In this document: one piece after another, positions 35,664 to 44,718 of the stretch
Position numbering within the stretch: the stretch's first letter is position 1
Layout: the number at the start of each line of letters is the position of its first letter
From: a candidate division WOR-3 bacterium
GTDB lineage: Bacteria > SDB-A
Reading direction: 5' to 3'
Assembly (NCBI GenBank): GCA_016934535.1
Contig: JAFGSQ010000056.1
Span: forward strand, 62,001-107,601
DNA: 45,601 nucleotides
Position numbers and translations under genes: made by a program
The notes under the pieces: generated by a model
Database searches by the model: none
What the model was told of the DNA's origin: nothing
What the model saw: the letters and a program-made list of their open reading frames with translations, nothing else

Positions 35664-36265
35664 ATTGTCAGTTCGGTTGTGTCTATTATAGTTGACCCTT
35701 CAGGGACTTTCAGGGGGGAGATGCTTCTTTCAGAATCGTATTTGTCCCTGGCCGAGAGTTTTTCTCCGACCTCTCTGCAGTCCATTTCAACACCCATGAC
35801 GAGAAGGTCTTTTTTTCTTCTTTTTGCTCTTTGATTCAAAGAAGCCGTCATAAAAAACTTGTGTTCGGCCTCCGGGAAAACAACCGAACCCATGTCTCTG
35901 CCTTCGCAGACAATTCCTTTTTCATGAAAAATACTTCGCTGAAGTTCGACCATTTTTTTTCTGACTTCAGGAATCGCGCTGACCGGGCTCACAGCTTCGC
36001 TGACGTCGGGTCGTCTAATTCTGTTTTCGACGTCTTTCCCGTTGAGAAAAATCCTGCCGTTTTCGTATTTGACTTCAATATCGTCCAAAACGGAAGAAAT
36101 TTTTGTTTCGTTGTTCACGTCTATGCCGTTTTCGATGAGAAAAAGCGTAACGGCTCTGTACATTGCGCCGGTGTCGAGGTACAAAAATCCCAGTTTTTCG
36201 GCGATGATTTTAGCCACAGTGCTTTTACCTGCGGCGGCAGGTCCGTCTATTGTTATCAAAATCAT
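35621..36265 (-). CDS. cmk: Cytidylate kinase
   Basis: ITIDGPAAAGKST, YLDTGAMYRA, EGRDMGSVVFPEA, RDKYDSER. Confidence 0.97.
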   Translation of the reverse strand: MILITIDGPAAAGKSTVAKIIAEKLGFLYLDTGAMYRAVTLFLIENGIDVNNETKISSVLDDIEVKYENGRIFLNGKDVENRIRRPDVSEAVSPVSAIPEVRKKMVELQRSIFHEKGIVCEGRDMGSVVFPEAEHKFFMTASLNQRAKRRKKDLLVMGVEMDCREVGEKLSARDKYDSERSISPLKVPEGSTIIDTTELTICQVVEKITADIGL

Positions 36266-36273
36266 GTTCAGGC

Positions 36274-36302
36274 AGTTTATTGATTCGAAATCGGCGTGTC
36301 AA
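36274..36302 (-). promoter_or_regulatory. Sigma70 promoter of the cmk operon
   Basis: TTGACA (36302-36297) - 17 nt - TAAACT (36279-36274), 8 nt before the cmk ATG. Confidence 0.75.
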
Positions 36303-36332
36303 TTCAATTATTAAGGATGATACAATGATGGT

Positions 36333-36626
36333 TCAGATTTCTTTCGTCAGTTTGAGATAATCTTTGTAAGGGATGGCGGTCCAGCTCTGGGATTCAAAAG
36401 CGCCGTTAAGCAGGCTTATCATGGATACTTTGGCGGCTGTATTTTCGTCGGGAGCTTCGTATATGTCCATGAAATCGAATTCACCAAGCAAAGCGTAATG
36501 AGAGACAAATTTTACTTCCGGACATTTATCTTTAACCTGTTCGAGCCAGTCTCTGCCGGCCGAAGATCTGTTTTTCACTTGTTTGGAGACTTCGGGGGAG
36601 AGTTTTGTCATCAGAATGAAAGTCAT
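36333..36626 (-). CDS. GYD-domain protein
   Basis: YALLGEFDFMDIYEAPD in a 97-aa protein; AAGGAGGTG RBS. Confidence 0.8.
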   Translation of the reverse strand: MTFILMTKLSPEVSKQVKNRSSAGRDWLEQVKDKCPEVKFVSHYALLGEFDFMDIYEAPDENTAAKVSMISLLNGAFESQSWTAIPYKDYLKLTKEI

Positions 36627-36636
36627 AACACCTCCT

Positions 36637-36668
36637 TTGAAAATAACAACTTGAATGATATTATATCA
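36637..36668. promoter_or_regulatory. Overlapping divergent extended -10 promoters
   Basis: Plus: TTGAAA (36637-42) - 16 nt - TATTAT (36659-64) with upstream TG. Minus: TGaTATAAT (36668-36660). Confidence 0.5.
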
Positions 36669-36693
36669 CAAAATCAAACGGGAAGAACGAATC

Positions 36694-37299
36694 ATGAAAA
36701 TAACGCGTTTTATAGTGGGCCAGATTGAAACCAACTGTTATTTTGCGACTTCAATGGATGAACTTCTGATTGTCGATCCCGGTGGCTTTTCCGAGAAAAT
36801 GTCCGATTTCAGGAAGAATTTTATATGCAAGTATATTTTTCTCACGCACAATCATTACGATCACACTGCCGGCGTGTTGAAGATGAAAAGTCTTTTTCCG
36901 GAAGCCGAAATTACGATACACGAAAATGACGCCGCGGGTCTCAACGACCCTTTTTACAACGGCTCACTTCTTTTCGGTGCGCATCCAAAAAAAATAATTC
37001 CCGACTTCGTCTTGAAAGGAAATGAAAAACTTACACTGGCCGGGCGTGAGATTTCTCTTTTGCACACTCCCGGTCACACGGAAGGTTCGGTTTCTTTGTT
37101 TACGGAAAACGTTCTTTTCTCGGGCGACACTCTCTTCAAAAACGGCGTCGGAAGGTGCGACATGCCGTCGGGCGATTGCATCAAACTCGTAAAATCGCTC
37201 AAGTCATATTACGGGCTGAGAACCAATTACAGAATTTTGCCGGGTCACGGAGAGGAAACGGATCTCGAAAGCGAAAGAGATTTCGTTTTTTCTCTCTGA
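36694..37299 (+). CDS. MBL-fold metallo-hydrolase (glyoxalase II-like)
   Basis: TNCY, VDPG, THNHYDH, HTPGHTEGS, FSGDTLF, PGHG; ATG 36694. Confidence 0.92.
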   Translation: MKITRFIVGQIETNCYFATSMDELLIVDPGGFSEKMSDFRKNFICKYIFLTHNHYDHTAGVLKMKSLFPEAEITIHENDAAGLNDPFYNGSLLFGAHPKKIIPDFVLKGNEKLTLAGREISLLHTPGHTEGSVSLFTENVLFSGDTLFKNGVGRCDMPSGDCIKLVKSLKSYYGLRTNYRILPGHGEETDLESERDFVFSL

Positions 37300-37309
37300 A
37301 AATTTTATT

Positions 37310-38836
37310 TCATTCCGAAAGGTTGCCCGTCACATTTTCAACTTCCGTGAGAATTTCGCAGGATTTGACAAGTTCTTTCATTTTGTTGTGATCGCTGTAA
37401 AGAGGTCTGTCGATGTCGAGAAAATCCACGTGTTTCCTTATCGTCTTTTTCGCGGTTAAAGTCCCATTGCCTGTTTTGTATTCCCTGAAATCCAGTGCCT
37501 GCGCCGCCGCCATTAATTCTATGCCGAGTATCCCGTAGGCGTTGTCGAGTATTTGAAAATTTTTCAGGGCTGTGTTCATGCCCATGGAAACAAAATCTTC
37601 CTGATCCGCAGCCGCAGGTATTGACTGAATGCAGGCAGGAGAAGACAGGATTTTCTGTTCGACTATCAGGGAGTCGGCGGTGTACTGACTGAGCATCAAG
37701 CCGGAAAACATGCCGGCGCCTTTCGACAGAAAAGCGGGAAGCCCGACGTTAAGAGCCGGATTGTTCAGGCGATTCATCCTTCTCTCGGACAAAACGCAGA
37801 CCATCGTTATCACGGTGCCTGCAAGTTCCATCGGAACGGAAACGGGGCTGCCTTGAAAATTCGCTCCTGAAAGCTGGGTGTTTTCTTCCGGGAAAAATAT
37901 CGGATTGTCGCCTACTCCGTTGAGTTCAATCTCAACCTGGCTTTTCGCGTACGCTATCGCGTCGTGAGCGGCTCCGATGACCTGCGGTGTCGAGCGCATT
38001 GAATAGGCATCCTGAACTTTGCATTTTATCCTTTTTTCAAACACGTCGCCGTCGGTCATAAGTTTTCTAAGAGCTTTTGCGCTTCTGATTGAGCCCTTGA
38101 ATCCTCTTGCCATGTGTATCCTTTCGTCGTAGGGAGAGGGATTGGCTCTTAAAGCCTCCAACGACATTGCCGCGGCAATTTCGGCTTGTTTTAAAAATCT
38201 GTCGGCGTCATAAAGAAAAATGGCGCTCATGGCGGTTATGAAATTAGAGCCATTTATTGTCGCCAGGCCGTCTCTCGCCATGAGACCGGGAACTATGATG
38301 TCTGCTCTTTCCATAGCTTCTCGACCCTCAAGTAATTCACCTTTGTAGCAGGCTTTCCCTTCGCCCATCAGCAGTAGGGCTATCTGGGACATGGGGGCGA
38401 GATCACCGCAGGCGCCGACCGAACCCTTTTGGCATACTTGAGGAGTGACGCCTTTGTTAAGCATTTCGACGATGGTTTTTGTGATTTCGGGTCTGCAACC
38501 GGAATTGCCGTTGGCGTGCACGTTGACTCTGCCGAGCATGGCACCTCTGACGTATTCTTCCGGCATGGGTTCGCCAATTCCGGCCGAATGGTTGTAAATC
38601 AGGTATTTCTGAAAATCCTTGATTTGACGCTCATCGAGGACAATTTCAGAAAACTCGCCTATACCCGTGTTAATTCCGTACATTGTTTCACCCGCAGAGA
38701 TTTTATTTTCGAGCATATGCCTGCATTTTTCGATTTTCTCAAGGCTTGAGGGGTGGACAGAAACTGTGCCGCCATTTCTCGCCACGTCAACCAAAGTTTC
38801 AACCGTCAGGTTTTTGCCGTTCAATTCGTGATGCAC
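37310..38836 (-). CDS. Aromatic amino acid ammonia-lyase (HAL/PAL/TAL family) with Ala-Cys-Gly MIO triad
   Basis: YGINTG, GSVGACGDLAP, GLATING, VQDAYSMR..PQV, DNP, QEDFVSMG. Confidence 0.92.
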   Translation of the reverse strand: MHHELNGKNLTVETLVDVARNGGTVSVHPSSLEKIEKCRHMLENKISAGETMYGINTGIGEFSEIVLDERQIKDFQKYLIYNHSAGIGEPMPEEYVRGAMLGRVNVHANGNSGCRPEITKTIVEMLNKGVTPQVCQKGSVGACGDLAPMSQIALLLMGEGKACYKGELLEGREAMERADIIVPGLMARDGLATINGSNFITAMSAIFLYDADRFLKQAEIAAAMSLEALRANPSPYDERIHMARGFKGSIRSAKALRKLMTDGDVFEKRIKCKVQDAYSMRSTPQVIGAAHDAIAYAKSQVEIELNGVGDNPIFFPEENTQLSGANFQGSPVSVPMELAGTVITMVCVLSERRMNRLNNPALNVGLPAFLSKGAGMFSGLMLSQYTADSLIVEQKILSSPACIQSIPAAADQEDFVSMGMNTALKNFQILDNAYGILGIELMAAAQALDFREYKTGNGTLTAKKTIRKHVDFLDIDRPLYSDHNKMKELVKSCEILTEVENVTGNLSE

Positions 38837-38847
38837 TGACTTCTCCT

Positions 38848-39762
38848 TCAGTGTGAAGAATTTAAAATTAATGGAATCCCGGAGGATGAGGGATTTGTCG
38901 GTATGACGTAAAAAACCGAATTACCAGATTCTCCGAGCAATTTTATTGCCTCGACAGCGTTCCACTGTATGTACCTGTCCGTGAGATTTGATGAAATTAT
39001 CAACTGCGCAGAAGCTATTCCACCGGCTTCGACCACTCTCTTGATCGAATCCTGTCTTGCAATGGCAATTTCGTATTCTCTTCTTTGAAGTTGCTGTTCG
39101 GCAGAAAGCTTTTCCTGAATCGCGAGATCGACGCTCGTGGGAGGCGTGATGTTTCTTAAAAGGACATTGTCTACTTTGATACCTTTGGGATTCAGATACA
39201 AAGAAAGGTCTCTCAAAAGCTGAAGACGTATGTCGTCCCTTTGCTTGAAACACTCGTCAAGTTTGTACGTGCTGAAAACGTCTCTGAGTATTGCTCTCGA
39301 CGCAGGTCTTACTAAAAGATCGCGAAGCTGATCGGTGTTTGTCGCTACCCTCGAGTAAATAGATGCTGCGGAATCGGGATTGACCGACCACCATATTGTT
39401 ATATCGACAGTCACTTCGGAGTTGTCGAGAGTTCTCGCCGTTATCGGGTCGGGATTATAACGTATTCCTTCGCCGGGGGCGATGCTCATAGTGTATTCCT
39501 GAAGGCGTATAGAGTATGTCACTATCTTGGCAAAAGGATTTTTAACGTGAAGGCCTTCGGTCATGGGTTTTGCAAGAACCTTGCCGAAAAGAACCTGAAG
39601 CCCGATTTCACCCGCGTCAATAACAGTGAGAGTCTGCGCGAAAAAAGAAAGCACCAGAAAAACTATAAAAACGGCTATTCCAGGCCCTTTTTTCTTGAGG
39701 GCGATGAGTGAAATACCTCCGGACACCGCGAAAATAAAGAAAAGAAACGATAGAAAAGTCAT
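38848..39762 (-). CDS. SPFH/prohibitin family membrane protein
   Basis: Two N-terminal TMs, IDAGEIGL..LFG, EGLH..NPF, VLLRNITPP, AIQEKL, EAGG. Confidence 0.88.
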   Translation of the reverse strand: MTFLSFLFFIFAVSGGISLIALKKKGPGIAVFIVFLVLSFFAQTLTVIDAGEIGLQVLFGKVLAKPMTEGLHVKNPFAKIVTYSIRLQEYTMSIAPGEGIRYNPDPITARTLDNSEVTVDITIWWSVNPDSAASIYSRVATNTDQLRDLLVRPASRAILRDVFSTYKLDECFKQRDDIRLQLLRDLSLYLNPKGIKVDNVLLRNITPPTSVDLAIQEKLSAEQQLQRREYEIAIARQDSIKRVVEAGGIASAQLIISSNLTDRYIQWNAVEAIKLLGESGNSVFYVIPTNPSSSGIPLILNSSH

Positions 39763-39877
39763 TTTTGCCTCCCTTGTTCATATTTTCCTTGATTTTATGA
39801 CGAAATTTCTATAAACCTTCTTTTTAACTTATAAGCATAAAAATATACAGCATATCCCGTTTGCCGTCAGCAGAGGA

Positions 39878-40300
39878 ATGCAAAATGTTTTTTTGAAATC
39901 AAGGGAGGCTCTATTGAAGAAAGAGGAAACCATCAAGGCGAGAGTACTCATGGATTTTCTCAGAAAGAACCTTAAAGGGATCGGCATCAATGAGATCATG
40001 TCTGAACTGGAGATAAGCGGAATAACCGGAGAAGAATTGGAAGAGGAAATACTAAGCTTGATACCGCGTTTTCGTCAGAGCGGGAAAGGCGAAATTTTCA
40101 GCGACGAAAGGCTCCTTTCTCTCATAGACAATCTCACTGAAGAAGGAATGATGCATTTTCTGCAAATTTGGGACAGCGGAATGCTCGACGAGAAGGACAT
40201 AAATTTCTTTCTCGAAATGATTGAAAACAGATCGGAAGAAAAAATGAACGTCAAAACTGTTGAAATAATTATCAACTGTCTTTTGATTAACAAGGGGTGA
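39878..40300 (+). CDS. Hypothetical protein, possibly Smg/DUF494-like
   Basis: 140-aa acidic helical protein 1 nt upstream of topA; LTEEGMMHFLQIWDSGMLD..DINFFLE loosely follows the Smg C-terminal pattern. Confidence 0.5.
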   Translation: MQNVFLKSREALLKKEETIKARVLMDFLRKNLKGIGINEIMSELEISGITGEELEEEILSLIPRFRQSGKGEIFSDERLLSLIDNLTEEGMMHFLQIWDSGMLDEKDINFFLEMIENRSEEKMNVKTVEIIINCLLINKG

Positions 40301-40301
40301 C

Positions 40302-42512
40302 ATGGCTAAAAATCTTCTCATTGTCGAATCACCGACCAAGGCGAAAACGATAACCAAAATTGTGGGAAAGGATTTTTCAGTTCTTTCTACGTTCGGACAC
40401 ATAAAAGACATGCCCGTCTCAAGACTCGGTGTCGACGTTGAAGACAACTTCAAAACGATCTTCGTACTCAATAAAACAAAACTCAAGCAGATAGTCAAAA
40501 TCAAGGAATCGGCAAAAAAAGCCGATACAGTTTACATAGCGACGGATCCCGACAGAGAAGGAGAGGCCATCGCTCAACACATAAGCGAAGAGCTTCCGTC
40601 AGGAAAATCGGTCAAGAGGCTTCTTTTTTACGAAATGACTCCCAAAGCGATAAACGAAGCCATAAAAACCCCGGGTGAAATAGATTGTCTTAAAGTGGAC
40701 TCGCAAAACGCAAGGAGAATATTAGACAGGCTGGTCGGATACAAAGTGAGCCCGCTTCTTTGGAAACGGATAAAAAGCGGCTTGTCCGCAGGCAGAGTCC
40801 AGACGGTAGCACTCAAGCTGATTTGCGAAAGAGAGAACGAAAGGAGAAAGTTTGTCTCCCAGGAATACTGGGACGTAATGTTTGTCCTGGAAAAGGACGG
40901 AAAGCTTGTCACCGCAGCTCTCTCGAAAAAAGCCGGAAGAAAAATAAAGATAGAAAGCGGGAAAGAGGCGGAAAAACTAACTGAGCAGGTTAAAAATAAC
41001 ACTGTTAAAGTCCTGGATATGACTTTTCAGGAAAGGAAGAAAAAGCCCAAACCTCCGTACACTACGAGCACGCTTCAGCAGGACGCAGTCACGAGGCTCG
41101 GTTACAGCGCCAGCAGAACCATGATGGTGGCTCAGAAGTTGTTCGAAGGCGTCGATATTGAAAACGAAACTGTCGGATTGATAACCTACATGAGAACGGA
41201 TTCAGTGAGAGTTTCCCCCGAAGCCGTCAGCCAAGCGAGGAAATTCATGTCTGAAAGCGGATTGAAGCGCCTTTTGCCTGAAAAACCCAACAAATACGCT
41301 GACTCCAAGAAAAATGTCCAGAGCGCGCATGAAGCTGTAAGACCGACGGATTTATTTAAAACACCGGATAGCCTGAAGGGAAAAATCGAAAAAGACATGC
41401 TCAATCTGTATTCGATGATATGGAAAAGGTTTATCGCTTCCCAATGCAGAGACGCTGTTGAGAAGATATCGACTCTGACATTTTCTGCCGGTACCGATTT
41501 GGAGTTGAGGGCTTCAAGAACCGAAACGGTTTTCGACGGATTCAAGCACTTTTTCGACGGCAACGGAGAAGAGAATGAAACAGAAAAGCTTCCTGATCTC
41601 AAAAAAGGAGACGAAATGAAAGTCGTCTCAGAAAAAGCGGAACAGCATTTCACTCAACCTCCTGCGAGATTCACGGAGGCGTCTTTGATAAAAGAACTCG
41701 ACGCACTTGGCATAGGAAGGCCGAGTACTTACGCACCGATCATTTCAATAATTGTTGAACGCGGATACGTGCTGAAGTCCAACAGAAGCCTTTCTCCGAC
41801 CAAACTCGGAGAAGTTGTGCTTAAGTATCTCGTAGAATCTTTTCCTGAAGTATTCAACGAAAAATTCACCGCTCTGATGGAGGAAAGGCTTGACGAGATA
41901 GAGCAGGGTAAATCGAAAAAAGAGACCGTACTCGTGGAGTTTTACAAACCCTTCGGAGCGAGAATGGAACAGGTAAAAAATTCAAAGATCACAATAGAAA
42001 TTCCTGAAAACGAAAAAATATGTCCGGTATGCGGCAAACAAATGGCGTTAAAGAACAGCAGGTACGGGTCTTTCCTCGGGTGTACCGATTACCCGAAATG
42101 CAAAGGTAAAAAGGACATTTTTTCCGAAAACGACAATGAAACCGAAACTGAAATTGCGTGCCCGAAATGCGGACAGAAAATGATTTCGATGAACGGGAGA
42201 TACGGAAAGTACCTGAGATGCAGGAATTACCCCCAATGCCCCACGACTACTCCTTATTATATTGGAGTTGATTGCCCTCACGATAAATGCCGGGGTAAGA
42301 TAGCAGAGAAGAAAAGTGCAAAAGGAAGAAATTACTGGACCTGCGACGAATGTAAGGCCGTATTCTGGACTAAACCAATCTCAAGGAAATGTCCGAACTG
42401 TAAAAGTAACGCCATGCTTGAAAAAAAGACAAAAAAAGGAACGATACTCACATGCCCGCTTTGCAATGCAGTGGTCGCGCCGGAAGAATACATGGGAGAG
42501 ATGTCTGAATGA
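40302..42512 (+). CDS. topA: DNA topoisomerase I
   Basis: LLIVESPTKAKT, ATDPDREGEAI, SAGRVQ, LITYMRTDS (catalytic Tyr), AHEAVRPT, GIGRPSTY; C-terminal zinc ribbons. Confidence 0.98.
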   Translation: MAKNLLIVESPTKAKTITKIVGKDFSVLSTFGHIKDMPVSRLGVDVEDNFKTIFVLNKTKLKQIVKIKESAKKADTVYIATDPDREGEAIAQHISEELPSGKSVKRLLFYEMTPKAINEAIKTPGEIDCLKVDSQNARRILDRLVGYKVSPLLWKRIKSGLSAGRVQTVALKLICERENERRKFVSQEYWDVMFVLEKDGKLVTAALSKKAGRKIKIESGKEAEKLTEQVKNNTVKVLDMTFQERKKKPKPPYTTSTLQQDAVTRLGYSASRTMMVAQKLFEGVDIENETVGLITYMRTDSVRVSPEAVSQARKFMSESGLKRLLPEKPNKYADSKKNVQSAHEAVRPTDLFKTPDSLKGKIEKDMLNLYSMIWKRFIASQCRDAVEKISTLTFSAGTDLELRASRTETVFDGFKHFFDGNGEENETEKLPDLKKGDEMKVVSEKAEQHFTQPPARFTEASLIKELDALGIGRPSTYAPIISIIVERGYVLKSNRSLSPTKLGEVVLKYLVESFPEVFNEKFTALMEERLDEIEQGKSKKETVLVEFYKPFGARMEQVKNSKITIEIPENEKICPVCGKQMALKNSRYGSFLGCTDYPKCKGKKDIFSENDNETETEIACPKCGQKMISMNGRYGKYLRCRNYPQCPTTTPYYIGVDCPHDKCRGKIAEKKSAKGRNYWTCDECKAVFWTKPISRKCPNCKSNAMLEKKTKKGTILTCPLCNAVVAPEEYMGEMSE

Positions 42513-43960
42513 ACTGGAGGAAATATCCATCCGTTATCGAACTGCACACGAAAATCTGGCTCGACAATCTTTCCGTCGAAAACGGATACAAAGTAAATTT
42601 TGACAATTTTCCCGAAAAAGAGTTGGAAAAAATCAGAGAAAGCCACTTTGACGGTTTGTGGCTTATGGGCATTTGGAAGAGAAGTACAGAGGCAAAAAAA
42701 ATGGCTCTGAACTGTAAAAATTTAATTTCGGCCGGAAAAAAACTGCTTGAGTCATTTGATCCCGAAAAAGATTTGGACGCTTCAGCGTATTCGATTTGTG
42801 ACTATGTCATTGATGAACGATTCGGAAGCACGGAAGGTTTTCTGAATTTCAGAAATAATATCGAACCAAAGAAAATAATTCTCGATTTTGTTCCTAATCA
42901 CACTTCCCGGGACTGTGTTTGGCTGAGGGAAAAGCCTGAGATTTATATGGCTGCAGATGAATCACTTCTGATGGAGAACGCGGCTTTTATGATAGACGGA
43001 AGAGCCGTAGCGATGGGCAAAGACCCAAACTTTCCGGCTTGGAACGACACTGCTCAACTCGATTACTCGAAAAGTGTTACGAGAGAGACTATGATCGGAA
43101 CCCTGAAGAACATCTCAGGTCTTTGCGACGGTCTGAGATGCGACATGGCGATGCTTGTCACTAACGATGTTTTTTCAAAAACATGGAAAAAGAAGATCGA
43201 GATTTCCGAGGAATTCTGGAGCAAGGCAATAAACGAAATCAAAAAAATTAAAAATGATTTTCTTTTTATAGCCGAAGTTTACTGGGGGATGGAATGGGAC
43301 CTTCAGCAACAGGGTTTTGATTATACATACGATAAAACACTTTACGACAGGCTCAGATACGGAGAAAACTCTTCTGTTTACGGACATCTGCACGCGGAAA
43401 AGATTTATTATGAAAAACTTGTCAGATTTCTTGAAAATCACGACGAGGATCGATCTGCGGCTTTGTTTGAAAACAGAAGGCTCTATGCTGCGGCGATTTT
43501 GACTTTTCTTCTTCCGGGCATGAGGCTTTTTTTTGACGGACAGTTTCAGGGGAGAAAGATAAAGTCTCCAATTCAATTCACAAGATGGCCAGAAGAAACA
43601 ATTGATACGGCAGTATCGGATTTTTACAAAAATTTATTGTCCCTTCTTTCAGACGACACTCTTCATTCGGGAAAATGGACGCTTCTTAACGCTTTTCTGC
43701 CGGATGAACCCGAATTTTCCGGAGTATTTTCTTTCATGTGGTCTCTTAAAGAGTGCGATGTAATTGCCGTTGTAAACAACACCCCCTTTCATAAAAATGG
43801 ATTCTCGAAGATTGAAAGGATTTATTCGTCGGGTAATACAATAACTTTCAAAGATGTTTTTACTGACAAAGTGTGGGACAGAGAAAAAGAGAGCATCCTT
43901 TCTTCGGGGCTTTATTTTGATCTGGAACCCTACGAATACAAGATTTACCGGATCAGCTGA
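42509..43960 (+). CDS. GH13 alpha-amylase family glycoside hydrolase (cytoplasmic)
   Basis: LDFVPNH, DGLRCDMA (nucleophile Asp), IAEVYW (Glu), FLENHDE (Asp); no signal peptide; ATGA overlap with topA. Confidence 0.9.
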   Translation: MNWRKYPSVIELHTKIWLDNLSVENGYKVNFDNFPEKELEKIRESHFDGLWLMGIWKRSTEAKKMALNCKNLISAGKKLLESFDPEKDLDASAYSICDYVIDERFGSTEGFLNFRNNIEPKKIILDFVPNHTSRDCVWLREKPEIYMAADESLLMENAAFMIDGRAVAMGKDPNFPAWNDTAQLDYSKSVTRETMIGTLKNISGLCDGLRCDMAMLVTNDVFSKTWKKKIEISEEFWSKAINEIKKIKNDFLFIAEVYWGMEWDLQQQGFDYTYDKTLYDRLRYGENSSVYGHLHAEKIYYEKLVRFLENHDEDRSAALFENRRLYAAAILTFLLPGMRLFFDGQFQGRKIKSPIQFTRWPEETIDTAVSDFYKNLLSLLSDDTLHSGKWTLLNAFLPDEPEFSGVFSFMWSLKECDVIAVVNNTPFHKNGFSKIERIYSSGNTITFKDVFTDKVWDREKESILSSGLYFDLEPYEYKIYRIS

Positions 43961-43974
43961 AAAGAGGTGAAGCA

Positions 43975-44718
43975 GTGAAAAAAAATGAAAATAAAAAAGT
44001 TAAAAAGAAGATTTCTCCGCAAATAAAAAATAAATCAGTTTCTGCAAAACCAAAAACGGTAAAAAGTGAACCGGTTTTGAACGACAGAAAAATTCCCCCT
44101 AAAAAGGAAAGCGGAGTATCAGTTTTTAAAGACAGTATCCTGTATGCTTCCGGAGATTTGAATATTTCTTCGGTTAAAAACAACGAATTTTTTCTCGCCG
44201 CGCGCGCTAACGTCAAAATCACGGGAAAAAAAACATCTGTCGAAATAAAGGGCATAGTTAAAATAACACTGCCGCAAGGTGAGAATTTGGCTGAAAACGT
44301 TTTTTTCAACTGGCTGGACAGAGAAATCCAAAGAGACCACATATTCGAAGACAGAGAGAAGAAATGGCTGGGAAAATGGATAAAATCAATAGAGTCGTTC
44401 AATAACCTCGATGATAAAAATATAAAAAAAATTCCGATTGACTGGGATTTCATAGCAAAGAAAAACGGATTCAGTGCTGAAACAACAGATTTTCTCAAAT
44501 CGGTGCATTCGGCAGGCTGGGCAAAATCATACGAAAATCCGATTTCAATAAATTCAGTGAAAAGCAAAAAAGGCAAATACAAACCGGGTCATTACAAAAC
44601 CGTCATTCAAAAAAACCCGCTCCCCATAATAGTCCCATTTTACAGATTTCTCGATGGAGAAGGAAAAAGGATATTCGACAACGAATGCATAAGGGATCTG
44701 ATTGTTGCTGAAAACTAA
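43975..44718 (+). CDS. Hypothetical basic protein with Lys-rich N-terminus
   Basis: 247-aa ORF, GTG start after GAGGTG, co-directional with neighbours; no recognised motif. Confidence 0.65.
   Translation: MKKNENKKVKKKISPQIKNKSVSAKPKTVKSEPVLNDRKIPPKKESGVSVFKDSILYASGDLNISSVKNNEFFLAARANVKITGKKTSVEIKGIVKITLPQGENLAENVFFNWLDREIQRDHIFEDREKKWLGKWIKSIESFNNLDDKNIKKIPIDWDFIAKKNGFSAETTDFLKSVHSAGWAKSYENPISINSVKSKKGKYKPGHYKTVIQKNPLPIIVPFYRFLDGEGKRIFDNECIRDLIVAEN

Noticed and set aside
37310-38836. Gene symbol hutH
   Set aside because: Family is clear, but the active-site variations and lack of hut neighbours leave the substrate uncertain.
43953-44582. 209-aa Phe-rich minus-strand ORF resembling a membrane protein
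   Set aside because: Its Phe richness mirrors the AAA (Lys) codons of the plus-strand ORF, which has an RBS and fits the operon direction.
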